Positions 18,227 to 28,488 of a stretch of 63,205 nucleotides of DNA are shown piece after piece (position 1 is the first letter of the stretch; each line of letters starts with the position of its first letter). This DNA comes from a candidate division NPL-UPA2 bacterium Unc8 (GTDB taxonomy: Bacteria > NPL-UPA2). Made by a program: the position numbers and the translations under genes. Location of the stretch: NCBI GenBank assembly GCA_003574845.1, contig NDHY01000001.1, positions 135,043 to 198,247 of the forward strand. Reading direction: 5' to 3'. The notes beneath the pieces were generated by a model, which was given only the letters and a program-made list of their open reading frames with translations, had not been told where the DNA came from and ran no database searches.

Positions 18227-18604
18227 CTATTTCCTCCCTTCAACGAATTTGCGACCCACGATAACTATCTCTCCTTTTTTACCATTAATTTTCCGATAAA
18301 AACACGATTTGTAACCTGTATGGCAGGCAAATTTCCTCTGGTGAACGCGGATGAGCAGCGCATCTTCATCGCAATCAAATAAGATCTCCTGTACAATTTG
18401 CTCGCATCCTGATGTTTCTCCTTTTTTCCAGAGCTTTTCTCGTGAGCGGCTCCAGAAGTGTGTTCTGCCCGTGACAATAGTTTCTGTAATCGCTCTCTCA
18501 TTCATATAGGCCAACATCAACACCTCATTTGTCCCTGCCTCCTGGATAATGGCGGGAATAAGGCCCTTTTCATTAAATCTTAGCTCTTTGAGAAATTGAT
18601 TCAT
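18227..18604 (-). CDS. hisI: Phosphoribosyl-AMP cyclohydrolase
   Basis: VLMLAYMN, SRSREKLWKKGETSG, DCDEDA, ACHTGYKSCF. Confidence 0.95.
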   Translation of the reverse strand: MNQFLKELRFNEKGLIPAIIQEAGTNEVLMLAYMNERAITETIVTGRTHFWSRSREKLWKKGETSGCEQIVQEILFDCDEDALLIRVHQRKFACHTGYKSCFYRKINGKKGEIVIVGRKFVEGRK

Positions 18605-19460
18605 TTCTCCCCCATATTCTGTAAAACATACTCCACTGCTCAACATAACGACTGATATAGGTTTCCAGTATCCCGATAACCTTCTTTGTTGCTTCCATAA
18701 TATCCTTTTCTTTGTTTCCCGTTGGAGTAAGGAAAAAAGGCTTTTCTATGAAAAGACAGAATCTATCATTCTTCCCCCGCACTGCGAAACCGGGAAGAAT
18801 AGCGGCGCCCGTAGAGAGTGCCAGACTGATCGGGCCACGAGGGATAGTGGTATCTTTGCCAAAAAAGGTGGCATTGATGCCCTGTCCCATTATGTCGCGG
18901 TCTCCTAAAAGAGCAACTATCTCCCCCCTCTGGAGCGCTCGATAACACCCTCTTGCCGCTGAACCAAAAGGAATCCCTTTTACTCCACACTTTTCTCTTT
19001 GCCTGATAAACAATCTATCTATGTAAGGGTTTGGCTGTCTCAGGGAAACGGCATTTATCTGGTAACCCAGGAGAGAAAGTGCAGCTCCTGCCAGCTCAAA
19101 GTGTCCCAGATGAGCCGATAGGGCAACCACCCCTTTTCCATATCCGAGCGCCTCATCCAGGTGCTCTTTCCCCTCAATGATTATGAATTCATCCAGGCTT
19201 TCTTTATTTATCATTGGAAAGCGAAAGAAATCAACCACATATTTAGCGAAGTTTTGAAAACACGCCCTCGCTTTAGCGTCAACTTCATCGCCATCACCCA
19301 GAACCTGCTGTATGTTCTCCCTGACTGCAAGGCGCGCCTTTTTTCTCAAAAAATAGCTTGCACTCCCGGCTTTGCGGGCTAACCAGTAGCTGAGCCATAG
19401 AGGACTCCGACGAGAGAGGAAGCTGCCTAATTGATATAAAAGGTATTGTAGATATTTCAA
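18573..19460 (-). CDS. Lipid A / lysophospholipid acyltransferase (LpxL family); start approximate
   Basis: GKGVVALSAHLGHFE, ALLGDRD, FFG, EQWSMF. Confidence 0.85.
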   Translation of the reverse strand: MKYLQYLLYQLGSFLSRRSPLWLSYWLARKAGSASYFLRKKARLAVRENIQQVLGDGDEVDAKARACFQNFAKYVVDFFRFPMINKESLDEFIIIEGKEHLDEALGYGKGVVALSAHLGHFELAGAALSLLGYQINAVSLRQPNPYIDRLFIRQREKCGVKGIPFGSAARGCYRALQRGEIVALLGDRDIMGQGINATFFGKDTTIPRGPISLALSTGAAILPGFAVRGKNDRFCLFIEKPFFLTPTGNKEKDIMEATKKVIGILETYISRYVEQWSMFYRIWGRNESISQRAKI

Positions 19461-19560
19461 AGTGCTCTTTACTTCTAATAAATTGGTTATATGGTTAATA
19501 GCAACAAGGACAATTCTACCCACAGTTTGCTAAAATGGCAAGAGAAATTGAGGCTGGACT

Positions 19561-19980
19561 TTATTCTCCTATTATTTTGACCATCACTCTTTTCCTGCGA
19601 CATCCATCAAATTCACCATAGAATATCTGCTCCCAGGGGCCAAAATCGAGTTCTCCATTAGTAACAGCTGCCACAATCTCACGACCCATTATTGTTCTTT
19701 TCAGGTGTGCATCGGCATTGTCTTCTCCTGTCAAATTGTGTCTGTACTGAGATATGGGCTCATGAGGAGCAAGTTCCTCAAGCCATTTATCAAAGTCCTG
19801 ATGTAATCCACCCTCATCATCATTTATGAATACGCTTGCAGTTATATGCATAGCATTGACCAGGCATAATCCTTCTGTTATTCCACTCTTTCTCAGGCAC
19901 TCTCTAACATTCAGAGTTATGTTAATAAATTCTCTTCTCTTGCGAGTGGTAAACCATAAGTATTCAGTGTGGGATTTCAT
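19561..19980 (-). CDS. yjbQ: YjbQ/UPF0047 family protein
   Basis: [33 protein letters not shown]. Confidence 0.92.
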   Translation of the reverse strand: MKSHTEYLWFTTRKRREFINITLNVRECLRKSGITEGLCLVNAMHITASVFINDDEGGLHQDFDKWLEELAPHEPISQYRHNLTGEDNADAHLKRTIMGREIVAAVTNGELDFGPWEQIFYGEFDGCRRKRVMVKIIGE

Positions 19981-20157
19981 AACTCACCTCCTCCTCTTAA
20001 CTTTCCACGTCTCAACTGCTCAACAGGTGGATGCTACAGTAGTATTCATATAGAAGTTAACAAGAAAAAACAAGAAAAAGCAAGTTTTCTTGACAAATAA
20101 GACCAACATAGTATAGAAGAAAATGAGGAGCGAAGCGGCGAGTTTTCTTATGAAAGT

Positions 20158-20793
20158 ATGTTACAAGAAAAAATAGCAAAAATAATAAAGATATTGCGTA
20201 AGACATACCCTGAAAGCCGCACCGCGCTTCACTACGAAACACCACTTCAAATTTTAGTAGCAACAATCCTTGCTGCTCAATGCACTGATGAAAGAGTAAA
20301 TAAAATAACCCCGCATCTTTTCAGCAAATACAAGACTGTATTTGACTTTGCTGAAGCAAAGCAATCTATTTTAGAACGGGAAATCCGCACTGCGGGTTTC
20401 TACAGAAACAAGGCAAAAAACATTATCGCTGCAGCAAAGAAGATTGTGGAAAGTTTTAATGGCAATGTACCTCAGAGCATGAATGAACTTGTTGCTTTGC
20501 CGGGCGTTGCCCGAAAGACAGCAAATATAGTGCTGTCAAGCAGTTTTAAAAAAACAGAGGGCATAGCAGTTGACACTCATGTCAAAAGGCTCTCAAGAAG
20601 GATGGGTTTAAGCAAAGAGAAAAACCCTGATAAAATAGAGCAGGATCTTATGAGAATTGTGCCAAAGAAAGACTGGATTGACTTTAATTATATGTTTGTG
20701 GATCACGGCAGAAAAGCCTGTCGGGCAAGAAAACCCTTATGTCAGGAGTGCGAAGTAAAGCATCTCTGCTCTGCAACCCCCAATCTTCCCTAA
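20158..20793 (+). CDS. nth: Endonuclease III
   Basis: LAAQCTDERVN, LPGVARKTAN, VDTHV, CX6CX2CX5C. Confidence 0.96.
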   Translation: MLQEKIAKIIKILRKTYPESRTALHYETPLQILVATILAAQCTDERVNKITPHLFSKYKTVFDFAEAKQSILEREIRTAGFYRNKAKNIIAAAKKIVESFNGNVPQSMNELVALPGVARKTANIVLSSSFKKTEGIAVDTHVKRLSRRMGLSKEKNPDKIEQDLMRIVPKKDWIDFNYMFVDHGRKACRARKPLCQECEVKHLCSATPNLP

Positions 20794-20838
20794 TTGGAGG
20801 CCGCCCAGGGTGGGTATCTTAAAAACTGGAGTTATTAT

Positions 20839-21738
20839 ATGACAGTTAAGCATCATCATAAACCTAAGGTCAGGGATTCCTTCGCTCATATATATAAAAG
20901 TATAGAGCGGAAGAAGCTAAAACTTGTAATGGTCATTACTGGAATTGTAATGATCATTGAGGTAATAGGTAGCGTTCTAACAAATAGCTTAGCTTTACTT
21001 AGTGATGCCGGACATATGTTTACCCATTTCTTTGCTTTAGGGATTGGTTATGTGGCAATTATTATAGCCCGTAAAGATTCCTGTCATCATAGGACATACG
21101 GGTTTTATCGGGTAGAAATTCTTGCAGCACTTTTTAACAGCCTTTTCCTTTTTGCTGTGACAGCTTACATCTTTTTCGAAGGAATTAAACGACTCATTAG
21201 TCCTGAACCTGTTTTAGGGCTTCAAGTGTTCCTCGTAGCAGTAGTTGGTCTTACTGTAAATGCAATAAGTGTATTAATCTTGCGGGGAAGCGCCAGAGAT
21301 GATATAAACACCAAAGGAGTTTTTCTCCATGTGATAGCAGATACATTATCTTCTGTCGTAGTTGTATTCGGAGCAATTATCATGTATTTTACCGGTTGGT
21401 ATATTGTTGACCCTTTATCGAGCATCGGTATTTCTTTGGTGATTTTTATGTGGGCGCGAGGGCTCTTTAAGGATTCTATTAATGTCTTGTTAGAAACTGC
21501 GCCAAAGGGAATTAACATAGATAATGTAAGCGCTGAACTTAAAAAAGAAATCCCTGAGGTTCGAGATATTCGCGATATGCATATCTGGGAGATTACCTCT
21601 AACATGTATTCATTAACAGCACATATAGCCATTAATGGTGTAAACCAAAAAAAATCAACAGAAATTCTTAATAGAATAAATAAATTCTTGAACGAAAGGT
21701 ATGATATTGAGCATACTACAATTCAGTTTGATATATAA
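20839..21738 (+). CDS. Cation diffusion facilitator (CzcD/ZitB-like)
   Basis: SLALLSDAGHM, TYGFYRVEILAA, FLHVIADT, HTTIQ. Confidence 0.92.
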   Translation: MTVKHHHKPKVRDSFAHIYKSIERKKLKLVMVITGIVMIIEVIGSVLTNSLALLSDAGHMFTHFFALGIGYVAIIIARKDSCHHRTYGFYRVEILAALFNSLFLFAVTAYIFFEGIKRLISPEPVLGLQVFLVAVVGLTVNAISVLILRGSARDDINTKGVFLHVIADTLSSVVVVFGAIIMYFTGWYIVDPLSSIGISLVIFMWARGLFKDSINVLLETAPKGINIDNVSAELKKEIPEVRDIRDMHIWEITSNMYSLTAHIAINGVNQKKSTEILNRINKFLNERYDIEHTTIQFDI

Positions 21739-21750
21739 AGATTTAAGGAT

Positions 21751-24700
21751 ATGCCTAAAAGAACTGACATAAAGAAAATATTAATCATTGGCTCAGGGCC
21801 AATCGTCATTGGCCAGGCTTGTGAGTTTGACTATTCAGGAACCCAGGCTTGCAAGGCTTTAAAGAAGGAAGGTTATGAGATAATACTGGTAAATTCAAAC
21901 CCGGCAACAATTATGACTGACCCTCAAATGGCTGACAAAACCTATATTGAGCCGCTTACTGTTGAGAATATGGAGAAGATAATTATCAAGGAAAGGCCGG
22001 ATGCATTACTTCCCAATCTTGGCGGTCAGACCGGGCTCAATCTTTCATCTGAACTTAGTAAAAAAAGAATATTAGATAAATACAATGTGGAGTTGATTGG
22101 TGTAAGCGAAGAGACTATACAAAGAGGTGAAGACCGGATTATCTTTAAAGAGACAGTGACTAAGCTTAATATTCCTGTGCTTAAAAGTTCGCCTGCATAT
22201 TCTGTTGAGGAGGCAGAAAGGGTCGCTCAAGAGCTTGGATATCCGGTGGTTCTAAGGCCGGCATATACTATGGGAGGAACAGGCGGAGGCATAGCCTATA
22301 ATGTAGAGGAATTGAGAACAATTGTTGTTAGGGGATTGTCAGTAAGCCCGATAGGCCAGGTGCTCATAGAGGAGTCGGTTTTAGGTTGGGAGGAGCATGA
22401 ACTTGAAGTGGTCAGGGACGCGAAAGGCAACAAGATTACAGTTTGTTTTATTGAAAATGTTGACCCAATGGGAGTGCATACCGGGGATAGCTTTTGTGTT
22501 GCGCCAATGCTAACTGTTTCAAAAGAATTGCAAGAAAAACTTCAGGAGATGTCTTACAGGATTGTTGAGGCTATTGGCGTCCTGGGCGGTTGTAACGTGC
22601 AATTTGCTCATAATCCTCAGGATGGCAGGGTTGTTATTATTGAGATTAATCCCCGGACTTCACGCTCTTCAGCCCTGGCCTCAAAAGCAACGGGTTTTCC
22701 TATTGCCCTTATATCTGCAAAATTAGCGGTGGGCATAACTCTTGATGAGCTCCCTTACTGGAAGGAAGGTACGCTTGATAAGTATGTGCCGAGCGGAGAT
22801 TATGTGGTGGTAAAATTCCCCAGATGGGCATTTGAGAAATTCCCTCAAGCTGAGGATAAACTTTTCACGCAGATGCAGGCTGTGGGTGAGGTGATGAGTA
22901 TAGGTAAAAATTTCAAGGAGGCATTTCAAAAGGCGATACGTTCTCTGGAGATTAAAAGATACGGCCTGGGAGGAGCTAAAGACTTTACCTCGCTTTCTCT
23001 TTCTGAGATTAGAGCGAAATTGGTTAATCCCTCAAGTGAGCGCATTTTCTTGATGTATGAGGCGCTGCGTAAGGGTATATCAGTGGATGAGCTTTATCAG
23101 ATGACCAAAATCAATAAATGGTTCATTGGCCAGATGCAGGAGTTGGTAGAATTTGAGAAAGAGATAAAAAAGTTCACTAACAAACGTTTGCCCCAAGATT
23201 TGCTTATAAAAGCCAAGGAGCACGGTTTTTCGGATAGATATCTCGCTCAAATTTTAAGCAGGACAGAAAAGGAAATCCACACCCAGCGACTTAATGCGGG
23301 AAAAATAGCGGCATATGAAGCAGTGCCGGTAAGTGGCGCTGATGCTGCCTATTATTTTTCAACATACCTGCCTGCGCCTGCCTGTACTGTGCCCGGCACA
23401 GCAGACAGGCCTGCCTGTGCAGGACGCCTAAACAAGCGAAAGATAATGATTTTAGGTGGAGGACCTAACCGCATTGGCCAGGGCATAGAGTTTGATTATA
23501 CCTGTGTTCACGCTGCCTTCACATTACGTGAAGAAGGAATAGAGTCGGTAATGGTCAATTGTAATCCTGAAACTGTCTCAACTGATTATGATACCTCGGA
23601 TAAACTCTACTTTGAACCCCTGATAGTGGAGGATGTCCTGAGTATTTATGAAAAAGAAAAGCCCGATGGAGTAATTGTGCAATTTGGAGGCCAGACCCCT
23701 TTAGATATAGCAAAGGAACTTTACGAAGCCGGTGTAAAGATTCTTGGCACAAGTCCTGAGAGTATTCATCTTGCTGAGGATAGGCAGAAATTTAAAGAGA
23801 TAATACAAGAGCTTAATATCCCCCAGCCTGAAAGCGGTGTTGCCTGTTCAGTGGAAGAGGCACTAATTGTAGCTAATAAAACAGGATACCCCTTAATGAT
23901 GCGTCCCTCTTTTGTTCTGGGGGGGAGGGGCATGCAGGTTGTATATAATGAAAAGATACTTTTGGATTATGTAAAGCAAGCCATAGAAATTAGTCCGGAG
24001 TATCCGCTGTTAATTGATAAATTCTTAGAGCAGGCTATTGAGGTTGAAGTTGACGCTATTAGTGATGGTGAAGACGTGTATATTCCTACGGTAATGGAAC
24101 ATATAGAGCTGGCAGGGATTCATTCAGGGGACAGCGCTTGTGTAATTCCTGCACGCAGTATTTCCAAAGAAAACCTTATCATCTTGGAAGACTACACAAG
24201 AAAGATTGCTAAGGCGCTTGGGGTCGTCGGTTTGATGAACATCCAGTATGCCATAGTAGAAGGAAAGGTTTATGTATTAGAGGCTAATCCTCGTGCCTCG
24301 CGAACTGTCCCGATAGTAAGTAAGGTTATGGGTATATCAATGGCAAAAATAGCAACACTGGTTTTAATAGGCAAAAAATTAAAAGACATAATCCCTGCAG
24401 GAAAGAAAGAGGTTTCTCATATTGGCGTAAAAGAAGCTGTGTTTCCTTTTAATATGTTTCCTGCGGTTGACCCTATTTTAGGACCTGAAATGAGAGCAAC
24501 TGGTGAGGTAATGGGAATTGATACAGACTTTGGACGAGCCTTCTATAAGGCGCAGCTTGCCGCTCACATGAGGCTTCCACAAAAAGGGACCATCCTGATT
24601 ACCATAGCTGACAAAGACAAGCCGCAGATAGCCGCTATAGCCAGAGTGTTTGATGAATTAGGTTTCAAAATTCTCTCTACCTCAGGGACAAAAGACTACC

Positions 24701-24966
24701 TTGAGAAGCAAGGAATCAAAGCGCAAAGTATTTTCAAGCTCCATGAGGAACGACCGCACATCGTAGACTATATCAAAAACAAAGAAATAGATTTGGTAAT
24801 CAATACTCCTATTGGCAAAGGCGCCAAATATGATGACAGCTACATCAGAAAAGCGGCTATTCAATATGGGATTCCTTACATTACTACAGTGGCAGGAGCA
24901 CGGGCAGCTGCATCGGGCATAAAAGCGGTCATAGAAGGAAAGCTGGAGCTGAAATCCATTCAATGA
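21751..24966 (+). CDS. carB: Carbamoyl-phosphate synthase large subunit
   Basis: MPKRTDIKKILIIGSGPIVIGQACEFDYSG; duplicated ATP-grasp domains; MGS domain. Confidence 0.98.
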   Translation: MPKRTDIKKILIIGSGPIVIGQACEFDYSGTQACKALKKEGYEIILVNSNPATIMTDPQMADKTYIEPLTVENMEKIIIKERPDALLPNLGGQTGLNLSSELSKKRILDKYNVELIGVSEETIQRGEDRIIFKETVTKLNIPVLKSSPAYSVEEAERVAQELGYPVVLRPAYTMGGTGGGIAYNVEELRTIVVRGLSVSPIGQVLIEESVLGWEEHELEVVRDAKGNKITVCFIENVDPMGVHTGDSFCVAPMLTVSKELQEKLQEMSYRIVEAIGVLGGCNVQFAHNPQDGRVVIIEINPRTSRSSALASKATGFPIALISAKLAVGITLDELPYWKEGTLDKYVPSGDYVVVKFPRWAFEKFPQAEDKLFTQMQAVGEVMSIGKNFKEAFQKAIRSLEIKRYGLGGAKDFTSLSLSEIRAKLVNPSSERIFLMYEALRKGISVDELYQMTKINKWFIGQMQELVEFEKEIKKFTNKRLPQDLLIKAKEHGFSDRYLAQILSRTEKEIHTQRLNAGKIAAYEAVPVSGADAAYYFSTYLPAPACTVPGTADRPACAGRLNKRKIMILGGGPNRIGQGIEFDYTCVHAAFTLREEGIESVMVNCNPETVSTDYDTSDKLYFEPLIVEDVLSIYEKEKPDGVIVQFGGQTPLDIAKELYEAGVKILGTSPESIHLAEDRQKFKEIIQELNIPQPESGVACSVEEALIVANKTGYPLMMRPSFVLGGRGMQVVYNEKILLDYVKQAIEISPEYPLLIDKFLEQAIEVEVDAISDGEDVYIPTVMEHIELAGIHSGDSACVIPARSISKENLIILEDYTRKIAKALGVVGLMNIQYAIVEGKVYVLEANPRASRTVPIVSKVMGISMAKIATLVLIGKKLKDIIPAGKKEVSHIGVKEAVFPFNMFPAVDPILGPEMRATGEVMGIDTDFGRAFYKAQLAAHMRLPQKGTILITIADKDKPQIAAIARVFDELGFKILSTSGTKDYLEKQGIKAQSIFKLHEERPHIVDYIKNKEIDLVINTPIGKGAKYDDSYIRKAAIQYGIPYITTVAGARAAASGIKAVIEGKLELKSIQ
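23367..23423. repeat. Nested CCTGCCTG palindromic inserts inside carB (in frame)
   Basis: cctgcctgcg-cctgcctgtactgtgcccggcacagcagacagg-cctgcctgtgcagg, encoding LPAPACTVPGTADRPACAG. Confidence 0.7.
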
Positions 24967-24981
24967 GAGGCACAGAGAAGC

Positions 24982-27006
24982 TTAAACTCGAAACTCGAAA
25001 GATGTTGGAAATCTCCTATTGAGTGTCTGGCGGAGCAGGTAATGCTCGCCATCTCTTAACTCGGGGTCGGCGGCAAGAATGAGGCCGGCTTCCCGTCGGG
25101 CAAGTTCCATCAGTTTCATATCGGAGGCGATATCTCCAATTCGCAGCTCAGGCATTCCTGATTGCCTGATTCCAAAAAACTCTCCCGGACCGCGCAGCTC
25201 TAAGTCTTCCTCGGCAATCCGAAAGCCGTCGCTGGTCTCGGTCATCACCTGGAGTCGTTTTCTGCCTTCCTGGCTGGCGGGACTCCCGAGCATAAGGCAA
25301 TAAGACTGGTAATCTCCCCGTCCAACACGACCACGCATCTGGTGCAATTGGGCCAACCCAAACCTCTCTGCATTTTCAATAACCATTATCGAGGCATTGG
25401 GTATGTCTATCCCTACCTCAATAACCGTAGTGGAAACGAGAATGTCAATCCTCCCTTCCTTAAAGAGCTGCATTACCTTTTCTTTCTCCTCTCCCTTCAT
25501 CCTTCCATAAAGCAACCCTACCCTGAGATGGGGAAAAATGTCTCTTTGAAAATGCCGGGCCATTTCGGTAGCTGCCTTTACTTCCAACTTCTCCGACTCT
25601 TCTATTAAAGGATAAACGATATAAGCTTGCCTTCCCTTTTTAATCTCCTCTTCTAAAAACTTGTAAGCTCCCGGGCGGTCTTTCTCCCCCACCAGGTAGG
25701 TAGCCACCGGCATTCTCCCCGGGGGCAACTCATCAAGGGTGGAGATATCCAGGTCTCCATATACGGTAAGAGCTAAGGTGCGGGGGATGGGGGTAGCCGT
25801 CATAAGCAAGACATCGGGGGTTTCCACCCCCTTCTCCCTCAAGGCCGCTCGCTGTTTCACTCCAAACCGATGCTGTTCGTCAATGATTATTAAGCTTAGC
25901 CGGGAAAACTTAATCTTTTCCTGAATAAGAGCATGGGTGCCCACGACAATGTCCGCCTGGCCCGATTCTATCTCTTTTAGGGATTCCCTCTTCATTCGGG
26001 GACTGAGGCTCCCGATTAAGAGGGCAACTTTTACTCTCAGGGGCAGGAGCCATCTTTGCAAATTAAGAAAATGCTGTTCGGCTAAAATTTCCGTGGGCAC
26101 CATAAGAGCGGCTTGAAATCCCCCCTCTACCGCCGTGAGGAGAGCAGAGGCAGCTACTACCGTCTTCCCCGAACCCACATCTCCCTGAAGAAGACGGCTC
26201 ATAGGTCTATCCTTCTCCATATCGGCCCGGACCTCCTCTATCACCCTCTCCTGAGCGGTGGTCAATTTAAAGGGCAGAAGCTCCTTCAACCTTTGGGAAA
26301 GTTTCCCCGAAGCTTTATGCCCGATTCCCTTACTCCGAATTTTCCCCGCCTTACTAAGAGCTAAGCCCAATTGCAAAAAGAAGAACTCATCAAAAACCAG
26401 ACGGTAGCGGGCCGATTCTTTGTCTTCTTCGCTCTCCGGGAAATGGATATGGATGATAGCTCTGGGAAGGTCAATTAAAGAATGCCGGCGGCGCATATTC
26501 TCCGGCAGGATATCGGGCAGCCGGTTAGCATATTTATCAAGAACGTCTTTGATTAAGGAGCGCAGTCTCCTCTGGGTCAACTTTTCCGTCAGGGAATAGA
26601 TGGGAACAATGCGGCCCGTATGGATAAGGTCCTCTTCGTCCCCGGCAAGGATTTCGTAAGCCGGGTTGACGATTTGAATCTCCCGGAATCTGTCCACCCT
26701 GCCGCTTAAGATGACGGCAGTTCCGACGGGAAAAGATTTCTGGAGATAGGATTGGTTGAACCAGACGGCATAAACGATTCCTGTTCCATCGCTAATAGCT
26801 ACTTTGAGGATTTCCAGACGGGGTCGGGGTTTTTTCAGGCCCGAGGCCAGGACTTTTCCTTTGATGGTCTCCGTTTTACCTACCTGGATACGATTAATGG
26901 GCTTTAGGTTGCTTCTATCCTCATAACAGCGTGGGAAGTAGTAGATAATATCCTCTATTGTTTCAAGACCAATGCGGGATAAGGTTTTTGCCCTTTGGGG
27001 GCCCAC
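24982..27006 (-). CDS. recG: ATP-dependent DNA helicase RecG (true start unclear)
   Basis: LLQGDVGSGKT, DEQHRFG, MTATPIPRTL, QLHQMRGRVGRG. Confidence 0.97.
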   Translation of the reverse strand: MGPQRAKTLSRIGLETIEDIIYYFPRCYEDRSNLKPINRIQVGKTETIKGKVLASGLKKPRPRLEILKVAISDGTGIVYAVWFNQSYLQKSFPVGTAVILSGRVDRFREIQIVNPAYEILAGDEEDLIHTGRIVPIYSLTEKLTQRRLRSLIKDVLDKYANRLPDILPENMRRRHSLIDLPRAIIHIHFPESEEDKESARYRLVFDEFFFLQLGLALSKAGKIRSKGIGHKASGKLSQRLKELLPFKLTTAQERVIEEVRADMEKDRPMSRLLQGDVGSGKTVVAASALLTAVEGGFQAALMVPTEILAEQHFLNLQRWLLPLRVKVALLIGSLSPRMKRESLKEIESGQADIVVGTHALIQEKIKFSRLSLIIIDEQHRFGVKQRAALREKGVETPDVLLMTATPIPRTLALTVYGDLDISTLDELPPGRMPVATYLVGEKDRPGAYKFLEEEIKKGRQAYIVYPLIEESEKLEVKAATEMARHFQRDIFPHLRVGLLYGRMKGEEKEKVMQLFKEGRIDILVSTTVIEVGIDIPNASIMVIENAERFGLAQLHQMRGRVGRGDYQSYCLMLGSPASQEGRKRLQVMTETSDGFRIAEEDLELRGPGEFFGIRQSGMPELRIGDIASDMKLMELARREAGLILAADPELRDGEHYLLRQTLNRRFPTSFEFRV

Positions 27007-27109
27007 TCCTTTAAGATACTGGAGAGGGCTTTCTATTGTCCCTTTCCATTCTGACTCCTGAATTCTGACTTCTGGCTCCTGAGTAGTTACTGATTTACTT
27101 TCTATCTGA

Positions 27110-27460
27110 TGGAGGCGGCGGGAATCGAACCCGCGTCCCGGAAGGGAAGAATAAAGAAGCGTCTACATGCTTATCCTATTCTTTGAATTCGCTTCACTCG
27201 GGCTCCAACAGGCAGGATCCTGAGGAAGCTATCCCAAATCTCTCTCATCCTGCCCACTTCAGGAAAAAGGCAGGACCAGCCTGCTACCGTCGTCTTCCTT
27301 ACCCTGCAGGCAAGGCTAAGGAGACGTGTCAGCTTTAATTAGCTGGCAAAAGCGTACTGCTCGTTGGCAGTTAGTTTTTCGCCAGGTTTTTTCGAGGCCA
27401 CCTGGCACCCTCGACATGCAACCTCAATGCCTCCTCTCCGGTCGAGACCATATCGCCCCC
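27110..27460 (-). ncRNA. ssrA: tmRNA; tag reading frame ANEQYAFAS* at 27339-27368
   Basis: 5' GGGGGCGATATGGTCTCGAC; 3' GACGCGGGTTCGATTCCCGCCGCCTCCA; TAACT-GCC resume context; near smpB. Confidence 0.93.
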
Positions 27461-27472
27461 TACCGTGAACGG

Positions 27473-28483
27473 CTAACGAAATCTAATTGCAAAGCCTAAT
27501 GTATGCGTATATTTGTCCTCACTGGGAGTGCCGGGAGGATGACCTCTCTCGTAGAGAACGGCGTAATTTAACTCTCCACTAGTAAATATGCCTTCCTGTT
27601 CTTTAATTCTACTCCCGAGCCCAAATGTGTATTTTTGTGGCTTCCAGGTGTCAGGGTTCACAAGATAGGCGCCTGCCCTTACCGCAAAGTTTCCAATCCA
27701 TCTCTCAAGCCCGATGCAGAGAAATCCACTTACATCGCCCGGGTGTTCCCTTCTCTCTCCCAATGCATCATACATATCTATGGCAATAACAGTATCATCA
27801 TCGGGCCTGATGGCTATTCCTGGACGGAGGTTTCTGATGTATCTTCTTCCAAAAATTTCAGGCTTATTTGCGTTCTGATAGAGAACGCCAACTGAGAACA
27901 TCCCCCATCTCCCGAGCAGACCCACATCTACTCCAAAGGTATCGTCCTCCCACCTTCTGTAAGCAGGGCCGATAACAGTTTTTCTCCTATGAGTATAAGT
28001 CCGCCTTGCCCCAACTCTCAATCTTTCCTCCTGAAACTGCTTCCTTAAATTGACTCCCGCTGAAACCCCGGGAAAGAGCTCTGTCCCAAAGGAAAGCCAT
28101 AGCCATCGGTCGGTCCAGTCTAATTCGCCCCAGGGCCCTTTAGCAAGGAGATTTCTCGTATTTACATAGCTAACCCCGAAGCCCATCTCTGCCAATTCTC
28201 CCAGATAAAGAGGGCTAACAAAGCTCACAAAGTCACTATACCTCAGCTCTTCCCGACGATTGAGAAGGGCACTGTAGGCAAGCTCTGAGCGTCCCTCTTC
28301 CCAGTCGAGGACAAAGGTTAGACCTGCTGGATTCCAGTAGGTGGTATTAACATCATCCGCTACGGCAATAAATGCTCCGCCCATTCCCATTGGCCTGGCG
28401 CCCACACAGGCATAGCTATTAGGGAAAGCAACTCCACTAATGCAGGCGGCTATAACAATGCATTTTATTAGTTTTTTCTTCAT
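27473..28483 (-). CDS. Outer-membrane beta-barrel protein (PorV/FadL/UPF0164-like)
   Basis: Signal peptide; GARPMGMGGAFIAVADD...YWNPAGL; amphipathic strands; C-terminal FAIRFR. Confidence 0.75.
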   Translation of the reverse strand: MKKKLIKCIVIAACISGVAFPNSYACVGARPMGMGGAFIAVADDVNTTYWNPAGLTFVLDWEEGRSELAYSALLNRREELRYSDFVSFVSPLYLGELAEMGFGVSYVNTRNLLAKGPWGELDWTDRWLWLSFGTELFPGVSAGVNLRKQFQEERLRVGARRTYTHRRKTVIGPAYRRWEDDTFGVDVGLLGRWGMFSVGVLYQNANKPEIFGRRYIRNLRPGIAIRPDDDTVIAIDMYDALGERREHPGDVSGFLCIGLERWIGNFAVRAGAYLVNPDTWKPQKYTFGLGSRIKEQEGIFTSGELNYAVLYERGHPPGTPSEDKYTHTLGFAIRFR

Positions 28484-28488
28484 TAGGA

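Noticed and set aside
27060-27110. Prophage or island integrated at the ssrA 3' end
   Set aside because: No integrase or duplicated att is visible; recG follows directly.
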